Part shown: positions 56,680 through 64,000 of the stretch, in pieces
Position numbering within the stretch: the first letter of the stretch is position 1
Layout of the letters: every line of letters begins with the position of its first letter
Sequence record: OR992645.1
Strand: one strand, 5' to 3'
Length of the DNA: 64,000 nt
Origin: Escherichia phage EI-SP-GF
Made by a program: the position numbers and the translations under genes
Notes under the pieces: model-generated
What the model was told of the DNA's origin: nothing
The model's database searches: none
The model's input: the letters and a program-made list of their open reading frames with translations, nothing else

Positions 56680-57180
56680 GTGAAAATTAAAATCTTTGCT
56701 ATTATTTTGAGCGCATTTTTATCGCTGCCTGTTGTTGCAGCACCAAAACAAAAAGTATATCACACTTGCAAGCCGTCGGATACTAAGGAAAACATTCTAG
56801 CATGCAATATCTACAGGGAGGCTAGAGGGGATGGCACGATGGGTATGCTGGCATCCGGATTTGCCACACTAAACAGGAAATCCCACCCCAAATACCCAGA
56901 CACTATAAGAAAGATTGTCTACCAACCTAACCAGTTTTCGTGGACAAACCACGGCAAAACTTTTAAGGTGACAGAAAAAGATTCATGGGATCACGCTAAA
57001 AGTCTTGCAAAGATGCTTCTAAAGGTCTATAATAACAACCATGTTGCATACATGGCTATGGATATAACAGGTGGAGCAACACACTACCATACAACAAAAG
57101 TACGACCGAAATGGGCAAAAAAGATGCAGAGGACAGCTCAATTCGGGAGTCATATCTACTACAAGGAGCGCAATAAATGA
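56680..57180 (+). CDS. endolysin, SleB-like cell wall hydrolase (Hydrolase_2) with N-terminal signal peptide
   Basis: GTG 56680 with GGAG RBS (upstream part of track ORF contains terminator hairpin); signal-like MKIKIFAIILSAFLSLPVVAAP; CNIYREARGDG...NQFSW motifs of SleB-type hydrolases. Confidence 0.65.
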   Translation: MKIKIFAIILSAFLSLPVVAAPKQKVYHTCKPSDTKENILACNIYREARGDGTMGMLASGFATLNRKSHPKYPDTIRKIVYQPNQFSWTNHGKTFKVTEKDSWDHAKSLAKMLLKVYNNNHVAYMAMDITGGATHYHTTKVRPKWAKKMQRTAQFGSHIYYKERNK

Positions 57181-59159
57181 TTGTAAACAGCAATGAAACT
57201 AAAGCGGTGCTAACTGGGAATATGGAGGTAACCCGGGGATCAATTTCTCTGAACAAAGAGACTTTTGGGCTAATCATCAAAGGGATTTATGAAGATAAGG
57301 TACTGGCAAGCTGCCGTGAACCGATCTTCAATGCTGTGGACTCCCATGTTGAGTCTGGACGGGGTGATGTTCCGATCATCATTCACTCTCCTACAGACCT
57401 TGAACCATACTTCTTTGTGCAGGACGTTGGATTAGGCATGTCAGAAGAGATGGTCCGCAACACCTTCATGAACCTCGGAGAGTCAACCAAGCGCAACAGC
57501 AACGCTCTGGTAGGCAATAAAGGTGTTGGTTCAAAGGCCCCGTTCAGTATGGTGGACACTTTCGATGTAATCAGTGTGCACAACGGTGTGGAAAGCACAT
57601 ACCTATTGTTCTTAGACCAGGGTATCCCAAATGTCACCAAGATCCGTGAGCGGAAGACTGAAGAGCACAATGGGGTAAAAGTTCAGTTTCATGTTAAGAA
57701 AGAGCATGTTCTGAAATATCGTACCGCTATTGCATCATGCCTGCGCTATGCAAAATTTCCGTTCACTGTCACCGATCCGATGACGAGCAAGATGCTGGAG
57801 GGGGACAAAGTAGAGGCGCAGTATCGCTACGAGAAAGATGGTTGGAAAATGACTATCCTGAAAGGTTATACCAGCTCTGATGAGAGCCGTGTTGTGATGG
57901 GTCACCAACCTTACCGCTCTAAGTTCCTGGAGACATTGACCGATTACCCTGCAATCTGCGTGGAAATTCCTATTGGGGATTGCAATATTAACCCTGGGCG
58001 TGAATGGACCATAGAGGGCCATGACGACGGTGGATTCCAGGATCGCCTGGAGGCCTTTGTCAAAGAAGGTATACGTCTTCGCGGGGCAGAAGTTGTTGCA
58101 GAACTGGAGACGGCAAAAACCTCCGCAGAAGCACGTGAAATGATGAAGAATAGTGGGGTGTTCGGACACATCTTCGGTAAAAACTTTATGTGGAACCGTT
58201 GGGAAGAAACAGGACTTGGAGACTTAGGCGATTGTGAAATTTTCGCTGGCGGCTTAAATAAAGGCCGCATAGGCTATGCTCGTTATGGAAAGTCAGAGTT
58301 CTTACGGGGAGTCTATTTAGTATTTAACGACGGAGACGGCAAATATAACCGAAATAAGTGTAACTACTTAAGCGAGATCACCGGACGCAACGTTTTCTAT
58401 TGCCGTAACACGGATCTGGTGGAAGAGTTTAAAGAAGCGGCACACCACCCGTTCTTTGCAGATACGGTCAAATTGTTATCAGAGCTCCCTCGCCGACCTG
58501 TCAAGAAAGGTGAAACAAAAACTCGTTATGAGCCAGGCTATTGGGTTAAAAAACTTGAGAAGGATGGTTACTTCCGCCGTGAACGTATTACTAAGGCAGA
58601 GTTCCGGAAGATTAAACACTGCATCCCTTATGAGGGTGATATCCAACGTGGAAGTTGTTGGCTGGGGCAGATGAGTAACATCTACCAGCAAGATTATGAC
58701 CGTGTACGTGCGGCACTTCAGATTCCTGAAGGTGAAGATCTGTATCTGGTATCTGAATCTCGTCTGCTTTGGACTGATCCTGATTGCCAGTATGTTACAG
58801 AGAAGAATGTGGAGCACCTGTTGAAAGAGGATGCTTGGAAATTCTTACTGACCCGTGCAGCAAATGAGACTTCTTATGACAGCCTGTATAGACAATTAGG
58901 GAAAATTATTCCCATGCAAGATTTTGGAAATTATCGGCCACATTTCCACAAGTGGGAAGGTAACACCACGTGGAAGCACAGTGAGCTAAATCATCGTGCC
59001 AAAATCTTAATCGCCAACCGAGTTAAATGCGGGAAGGCCTATATTGCAAGATTGGAAAAGAAATACCCACTTTTGAAGCATGTAGGCTTGAAATATTGGG
59101 ACACCCCTGCTATGATTGAATACCGTGAGCTGATTGATACAAAGAATAACACCAAATAA
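57177..59159 (+). CDS. rIIA-like protein with N-terminal GHKL (histidine-kinase-like) ATPase fold
   Basis: N box EPIFNAVDS, G1 box VQDVGLGMS, G2 box GNKGVGSKAPF; 660 aa; ATGA overlap with endolysin stop. Confidence 0.5.
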   Translation: MIVNSNETKAVLTGNMEVTRGSISLNKETFGLIIKGIYEDKVLASCREPIFNAVDSHVESGRGDVPIIIHSPTDLEPYFFVQDVGLGMSEEMVRNTFMNLGESTKRNSNALVGNKGVGSKAPFSMVDTFDVISVHNGVESTYLLFLDQGIPNVTKIRERKTEEHNGVKVQFHVKKEHVLKYRTAIASCLRYAKFPFTVTDPMTSKMLEGDKVEAQYRYEKDGWKMTILKGYTSSDESRVVMGHQPYRSKFLETLTDYPAICVEIPIGDCNINPGREWTIEGHDDGGFQDRLEAFVKEGIRLRGAEVVAELETAKTSAEAREMMKNSGVFGHIFGKNFMWNRWEETGLGDLGDCEIFAGGLNKGRIGYARYGKSEFLRGVYLVFNDGDGKYNRNKCNYLSEITGRNVFYCRNTDLVEEFKEAAHHPFFADTVKLLSELPRRPVKKGETKTRYEPGYWVKKLEKDGYFRRERITKAEFRKIKHCIPYEGDIQRGSCWLGQMSNIYQQDYDRVRAALQIPEGEDLYLVSESRLLWTDPDCQYVTEKNVEHLLKEDAWKFLLTRAANETSYDSLYRQLGKIIPMQDFGNYRPHFHKWEGNTTWKHSELNHRAKILIANRVKCGKAYIARLEKKYPLLKHVGLKYWDTPAMIEYRELIDTKNNTK

Positions 59160-59169
59160 GGAGACAGTT

Positions 59170-60375
59170 ATGATTTTCATCTACGAACACTTCAAAACTC
59201 GTAAAGAAGCACGCGACCGCCGTGCAGAACTTGAGAAGAAGGGTTTCACATGTGCCATTGAGAAAGGTGACACAACCTGGACACTGGCAGTTGGTGCCCC
59301 AGAGTTGTTCGATCCTGACCGTGACAGCGTCTGCTACACCCGTGAGGATTTTGAAACCCGCGAAGAGGCCCGTTTATTTCGATACGGTCTGGAAGATAAC
59401 GGTAAGTACGCTATGATCTTAGATTTAGGCGAAGGTTCCGTTAAACGTTGGGGCGTGGTATACCCACTGTGTGTTGTTCACGGTGTGGGGTTCACTGGGG
59501 TAGCAATCAAGTCAGAAGAACCTTTAGTAGAAGTCAAAGATCCGGTGCTGGAGGTGGTGAGCAGTGTGTCTCAGCAACAGACTCGAAGCATCGAGCCTTT
59601 GGTGGTTATTTGCGGGGAACTCCTCCAGATCACCTGCAACGAAGGCATTTTTGAAATTCGCCGCAGTGAAAGTGAGGAAGTTTACCAGAAAGTCTTCGAC
59701 CATATCTCTGTTCAGGAATATGACGAGGCAATTGGTGAAATCCTTGTCTGGCTGGAACGCAAGAATGAGTTCACCACACTTGCAGACAACCTGATCATGA
59801 AAGATGGTAAGCTCTACTACTACGGTGTAGAGATGCGATCCACCATTGCAAAGAAAATTGAGAAAGATTATGCAGACGGAACACTGGATGACCGCTATGT
59901 GAAATTCCTCGTTCGCCTGCTACGCAATCCTTCTGCAAAATCTGTAAACATGCTCTACGATTTTATGCAGGCAAACGACATTCAGATTGCAGAAGATGGT
60001 CGAATCATTTGCTACAAAGGGGTTCAGTTTAACGGCGACAAGTGGGTGGATTGGCACAGTGGTAAAGTCCCACAATACCAGGGGGCTTTTGTATCCATGC
60101 CTCGTAACTTTGTAGAGGATGATCCGGAAGCTGCATGCTCTTATGGCCTGCACTGTGCCAGCAAAGAGTATGCAAAGAGCTACGGAACTGTGATGACGGT
60201 TATGGTTGACCCTGCCGATGTAGTTAGTGTACCTTACCAACACAACAGCGCCAAGTGTCGTGCATGCCGCTACGAAATCGTAGTAGCTCCAGAATCACGC
60301 AAAGATGGCGACCCAATTGAGTACGTGGTTGACCGCGACGGTAATACTATCGACATTATCTACGAGGAGGCGTAA
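59170..60375 (+). CDS. hypothetical protein (possible rIIB-like partner)
   Basis: ATG 59170 with TAAGGAGA RBS; adjacency to rIIA-like gene is the only basis for rIIB suggestion. Confidence 0.3.
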   Translation: MIFIYEHFKTRKEARDRRAELEKKGFTCAIEKGDTTWTLAVGAPELFDPDRDSVCYTREDFETREEARLFRYGLEDNGKYAMILDLGEGSVKRWGVVYPLCVVHGVGFTGVAIKSEEPLVEVKDPVLEVVSSVSQQQTRSIEPLVVICGELLQITCNEGIFEIRRSESEEVYQKVFDHISVQEYDEAIGEILVWLERKNEFTTLADNLIMKDGKLYYYGVEMRSTIAKKIEKDYADGTLDDRYVKFLVRLLRNPSAKSVNMLYDFMQANDIQIAEDGRIICYKGVQFNGDKWVDWHSGKVPQYQGAFVSMPRNFVEDDPEAACSYGLHCASKEYAKSYGTVMTVMVDPADVVSVPYQHNSAKCRACRYEIVVAPESRKDGDPIEYVVDRDGNTIDIIYEEA

Positions 60376-61745
60376 TGGAAAAAGGGCAGTACGATGTAGG
60401 CACAGATGCTGCCCTTGTTGCAATCATGAGTGGTGAGAATGTCTTCGTAAGTGGACCTGGTGGAACCGGGAAGACATATCTTATCAACATGATCCAGTCC
60501 ATGTATGGAGACTCTTGCATAACGGTTGCCCCGACAGGGGTAGCCGCTTTAAACGTTAATGGAGCAACAGCGCACCGAACTTTCGATCTTGCCGCAGGTG
60601 TGAGCATGGAGTCAGACTGGACAGCAATAAGGGCAAAAACAGCAAAGCCTCTGAAAAGCAAGGCATTTACCATCCTAATTATCGATGAAATTTCTATGAT
60701 CCGTGCTGACAAGTTCATAGAGATGGATAGAAAACTCCGCTTTCTTCGGAAAAATGACAAACCTTTCGGGGGCATTCAGGTGTTATTGTTTGGAGATTTC
60801 TACCAAGCACCTCCGGTTGTCTCTTCTATGGAGAAGGAAGCCTACTTCAACTTCTACCACACAGATCTGTGTTGCTATACAGAGTCTTGGGAGGATCTTA
60901 ATCTTCACAATATAGCTTTAGTAGACCAGTTCCGTCAGGAATCTGTTCGCTTCGCCACAATGTTGAACTGTGTTCGTGAAGGTCGTCGCATAAAAGAGGT
61001 TGTAGCAGAGCTTAACACTCGTTGCTATCATGGTGGTGTCCCAACCGATGCCTTGACCATCTGTGCCACCAATAAGCAAGCAGAAGAGGTGAACAGACGT
61101 TTCTATGATGCCATCAAGGCCCCAGAGAAGACCTACATTGGTAAAATGAAAGGTAAGTTCCCCTCCACACTACCTGTGGAGCAGGAAATGAGGCTGAAGA
61201 TAGGGATGAAGGTTATGATAACCTCAAACGATGTTGACCCGACACACAAAGTTCCGTACTATGTCAACGGGACACGCGCCACAGTGGTAAAATTCAAGAC
61301 CAAGTCTGTGGTGGTTGAGCTGGAAGACGGGACACAGGTTGAAATCGAGCCGAGATTGTGGGAGAATAACGAGTACAAACCTTCCCAGAGGTACAATATT
61401 GCCGAAAGGAAGATGGAGAAGTTCATAGAGAGGGTTGTGATCGGGTCTTATGAGCAACTTCCTTTGAAATCTGGGTACGCAGTAACATCGCATAAAAGTC
61501 AAGGACTTACGTTAGATTGTTACAACCTAGACCTCGGAAAGAACGGAGCTTTCTCTCCCGGAATGACGTATGTTGCCTTGAGTCGGGTTAAGACGATACA
61601 AGGAATAAACTTGTTGCGTCCATTAAGAGAGGTGGATATTATTGTTGACCCGAGAGTCGTAGAGTTTTATAATACAACTTTCCCTGGCTTAGACGAGAAA
61701 GTCAGGAAAGATTTTGAAACTAGAGCAGAAAAGGGGGACGTATGA
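60375..61745 (+). CDS. SF1B DNA helicase (Dda / PIF1 / RecD-like)
   Basis: Walker A VSGPGGTGKT, Walker B ILIIDEISM, C-terminal YAVTSHKSQGLTLD motif. Confidence 0.75.
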   Translation: MEKGQYDVGTDAALVAIMSGENVFVSGPGGTGKTYLINMIQSMYGDSCITVAPTGVAALNVNGATAHRTFDLAAGVSMESDWTAIRAKTAKPLKSKAFTILIIDEISMIRADKFIEMDRKLRFLRKNDKPFGGIQVLLFGDFYQAPPVVSSMEKEAYFNFYHTDLCCYTESWEDLNLHNIALVDQFRQESVRFATMLNCVREGRRIKEVVAELNTRCYHGGVPTDALTICATNKQAEEVNRRFYDAIKAPEKTYIGKMKGKFPSTLPVEQEMRLKIGMKVMITSNDVDPTHKVPYYVNGTRATVVKFKTKSVVVELEDGTQVEIEPRLWENNEYKPSQRYNIAERKMEKFIERVVIGSYEQLPLKSGYAVTSHKSQGLTLDCYNLDLGKNGAFSPGMTYVALSRVKTIQGINLLRPLREVDIIVDPRVVEFYNTTFPGLDEKVRKDFETRAEKGDV

Positions 61746-62083
61746 GTTTGTGGAGAAATATAGTTAACTACGTGTGCGGTAATCCAAATCCTGAAGAGAA
61801 GGATGTTGTGATTCACGATTTTACTAAAAGATCTCGTGAAAAAGACCTCCTGCTAACAAAGGTGATCGATAAAGACCCTGCAGTAGGAGATTGGGCAGGT
61901 TTTGCGTTTACATCTGACAAATACACCTTTAACAAAGGTGACTACCTTGTTGTGGATTTTAACGAAGACATCGAGGGTGCTGAACCTTACTATCAGACCC
62001 TTATCGTTGCAGAGTGTGTTGAGCTCTCTGCAAACATGCACAGTTTGATTCTTTTTGAGCTTGACTCTGAAGACCTTCAGTAG
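61742..62083 (+). CDS. hypothetical protein
   Basis: 113 aa, ATGA overlap with helicase gene. Confidence 0.5.
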   Translation: MSLWRNIVNYVCGNPNPEEKDVVIHDFTKRSREKDLLLTKVIDKDPAVGDWAGFAFTSDKYTFNKGDYLVVDFNEDIEGAEPYYQTLIVAECVELSANMHSLILFELDSEDLQ

Positions 62084-62143
62084 TAAGATGTGAGTCTAAA
62101 GGGGAGGCACTCCTCCCCACAAAAACTAAGGAAGCACTAAACG

Positions 62144-62446
62144 ATGAAACGTTATAAACCATACACTTTTGAAATCGATTTCGAACTTGACGATATGTTT
62201 ACTGTGGAAGCTCAGGCAGTTGTCCAGTTGCCAGACCCGGAGTGCCGTGATTCTGATGTTGACTATTACGGATTTAGACAAATTACCGATGTGCATGTTT
62301 ACCACAACGGTGAAGAGGTGAACTTCCACCAACTGCCAAACGATATGCGCCACTCAATTTACAAACGTGCAGCCCGTGAACTAGAGTCCTATCTGGATGC
62401 AGCGACGACAGCAGCTGCGTTTGCGGAAGAAGTAGGAGGTTTCTGA
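62144..62446 (+). CDS. hypothetical protein
   Basis: 100 aa, AAGGA RBS. Confidence 0.5.
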   Translation: MKRYKPYTFEIDFELDDMFTVEAQAVVQLPDPECRDSDVDYYGFRQITDVHVYHNGEEVNFHQLPNDMRHSIYKRAARELESYLDAATTAAAFAEEVGGF

Positions 62447-62841
62447 TGATTACAGGTGTGAAGATTATCCAATACCACTTAACCAAATTGGAGGATGCTG
62501 AAAAAGAGCTTGCAGAAGTTCTGAATAGTGGATATACTTTGCTATCATGCGCCTGCTCAGACACCTACGCTGTGTGGACACTTATCCGGAAGGAAGAGCC
62601 TGCGGGGATCTTGGTGCCAAACCCTAAGATCATTAGTGAGGTGGATGACTACGCTCAGGACGGCCTTCCAGAAGGCTGGGAAGTATGGGAAGGTGGTGAA
62701 AACCCTGCGCCAGGTAAGTGGGTAAAATACAAACTACGTAGCGGTGCACAGCACGCTGGATACTCTGATAACCTGGACTGGAGTCATTCTTCACCGGAAT
62801 CATTGGTAAGTGCATATGATATCATAGCTTTTAAGGAATAA
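62446..62841 (+). CDS. hypothetical protein
   Basis: 131 aa, start overlaps previous stop. Confidence 0.5.
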   Translation: MITGVKIIQYHLTKLEDAEKELAEVLNSGYTLLSCACSDTYAVWTLIRKEEPAGILVPNPKIISEVDDYAQDGLPEGWEVWEGGENPAPGKWVKYKLRSGAQHAGYSDNLDWSHSSPESLVSAYDIIAFKE

Positions 62842-62853
62842 GGAGAAGGCGGT

Positions 62854-63336
62854 ATGTCAGATTTTATGTGGAAAGTGGGTTATGCCTCTCCTGAAATGTG
62901 CGAGGCTTGCTTTGTAAAAATAGGCCGCGAGGATATTGACAAAGTAATCTTTAAGTTTCGTGATGTATCTGTGATCGGCAACCGAGTGCTTAAGCACTTA
63001 AAGAATCTGAAGCTCACCAAAAAGAAGTTCTTCGGACTTTTCGAAGAGAAAGTTGATGCTTGGACCCATTGCATTCAGGAAGCTAAATCTCACTACAGTG
63101 CTATCGTTACCCCAGAACGGGTAGCCAAGATGGAAGGATTCATCAACAGCACAGAGTTTGAGTGCCTAAAGGCTGCCCTTGATAGCTATCCAAAGTGCCT
63201 CAAACACCTTGACAAGTATGTAGAAAAGGATGGTGAAATGTATCTCACTCTGGACGCATACTATGAGATGCAAGAAATTTTAAATTTAGATTTGACATTG
63301 GTATCCACCGAGTATACAATAGGTATCCGGGTTTAA
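62854..63336 (+). CDS. hypothetical protein
   Basis: 160 aa, AAGGAGAAGG RBS. Confidence 0.5.
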   Translation: MSDFMWKVGYASPEMCEACFVKIGREDIDKVIFKFRDVSVIGNRVLKHLKNLKLTKKKFFGLFEEKVDAWTHCIQEAKSHYSAIVTPERVAKMEGFINSTEFECLKAALDSYPKCLKHLDKYVEKDGEMYLTLDAYYEMQEILNLDLTLVSTEYTIGIRV

Positions 63337-63342
63337 CACTAG

Positions 63343-63369
63343 GCCCTGCCCGAAAGGGTGGGGCTTTTT
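63343..63369 (+). terminator. hairpin with GNRA (GAAA) loop plus T-tract
   Basis: ccctgccc-gaaa-gggtgggg (with G-U pairs) followed by ctttttg. Confidence 0.45.
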
Positions 63370-63387
63370 GCATTAGGAGACAGCAAA

Positions 63388-64000
63388 TTGAAATTTATCT
63401 ACAAAGACCACTACCACAAAGGTGTTGTGTGGAGTCTATTTGACGGGTCTGGTGGTGCAGTTATTGACTGGGCAAAAGCTGGGTACCTGTGCCTGTGCTT
63501 TAATGCAGAAGGTGCTGACCACGGTAGTTATGCAGAGGTGATAACCGATCATCCCAATATTCACTATGTGGATTATTGGATTGACCCATGGTTCCCTCAG
63601 GAAACTTTTTGCATGTACCCAGCTCCAGACTTTATTCTTGCATTTCCTCCGTGCACGCATTTAGCGGTGTCGGGTGCTGCACATTTTAAGAAAAAGCTGG
63701 CTAAGGACCCCCTGATCCAAATTAATGCTGTAAAGGATGCTCGGGTTGCGGAAGAGCTGGGAGAGATTTACGATTGCCCGTGGCATGTAGAGAATCCTGT
63801 TGGTGTTATGTCCACACTGTGGCGCAAACCTGATTACCGTTTTCATCCTTCTGACTATGGCGGGTATTTACCGGAGGATGATGTAAACCCCTGGTTTCCT
63901 GAATTTATAGCTCCACGTGATGCCTATCCAAAAATAACTTGCGGCTGGATAGGTAATGGATTTATAATCCCGGCCACAAAACCTGTCCCGCAAATAGTTG
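63388..64000 (+). CDS. DNA cytosine-C5 methyltransferase-like protein (5' partial, continues past window end)
   Basis: hand-translated from TTG 63388 after AGGAGA RBS: motif I SLFDGSGGAV (FxGxGG), motif IV AFPPCTHLAVSGA (PC catalytic Cys), motif VI HVENPVGV (ENV); no stop before window end. Confidence 0.5.
   Translation, partial: MKFIYKDHYHKGVVWSLFDGSGGAVIDWAKAGYLCLCFNAEGADHGSYAEVITDHPNIHYVDYWIDPWFPQETFCMYPAPDFILAFPPCTHLAVSGAAHFKKKLAKDPLIQINAVKDARVAEELGEIYDCPWHVENPVGVMSTLWRKPDYRFHPSDYGGYLPEDDVNPWFPEFIAPRDAYPKITCGWIGNGFIIPATKPVPQIV

Noticed and set aside
63436-63846. Two short minus-strand ORFs (74 and 61 aa) near the window end
   Set aside because: They lie antisense to the methyltransferase-like plus-strand ORF, which has a good RBS and conserved motifs.

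Overview
This window reads as a contiguous piece of a tailed dsDNA phage (Caudoviricetes) genome; no rRNA, tRNA, CRISPR array, integrase or repressor was recognised. Positions 1-45681 form one long rightward structural block: terminase large subunit (C-terminal part) and portal, scaffold and major capsid, head-tail joining genes, sheath-like and tube proteins, tail assembly chaperones with a candidate -1 frameshift site, tape measure, a P2/Mu-type baseplate core (hub, gpV-like spike, gpW/gp25-like, baseplate J-like, gpI-like), and an unusually large receptor-binding locus. That locus includes a lambda gpJ-like host specificity protein, a fibre with a C-terminal S74 intramolecular chaperone, two paralogous short fibres with a Tfa chaperone, and a giant 1626-aa protein. 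A bidirectional terminator at 45691-45724 separates this from a leftward block of small tightly coupled ORFs (45728-52420) containing a HAD phosphatase, a VWA/HExxH metallopeptidase and an HNH-like protein. Divergent sigma70-like promoters near 52450-52525 start a rightward block with a MoxR-type AAA+ ATPase, a secreted SleB-like endolysin, an rIIA-like GHKL protein, a Dda/PIF1-like helicase and a partial C5-cytosine methyltransferase at the window end. Seven copies of a TTGnnn-N17-(TGn)TAmAAT promoter motif and a family of GC-rich hairpin terminators punctuate the structural block. All calls rest on reading the ORF translations and sequence by eye; no database search or computation was run, so family assignments are motif-level hypotheses.
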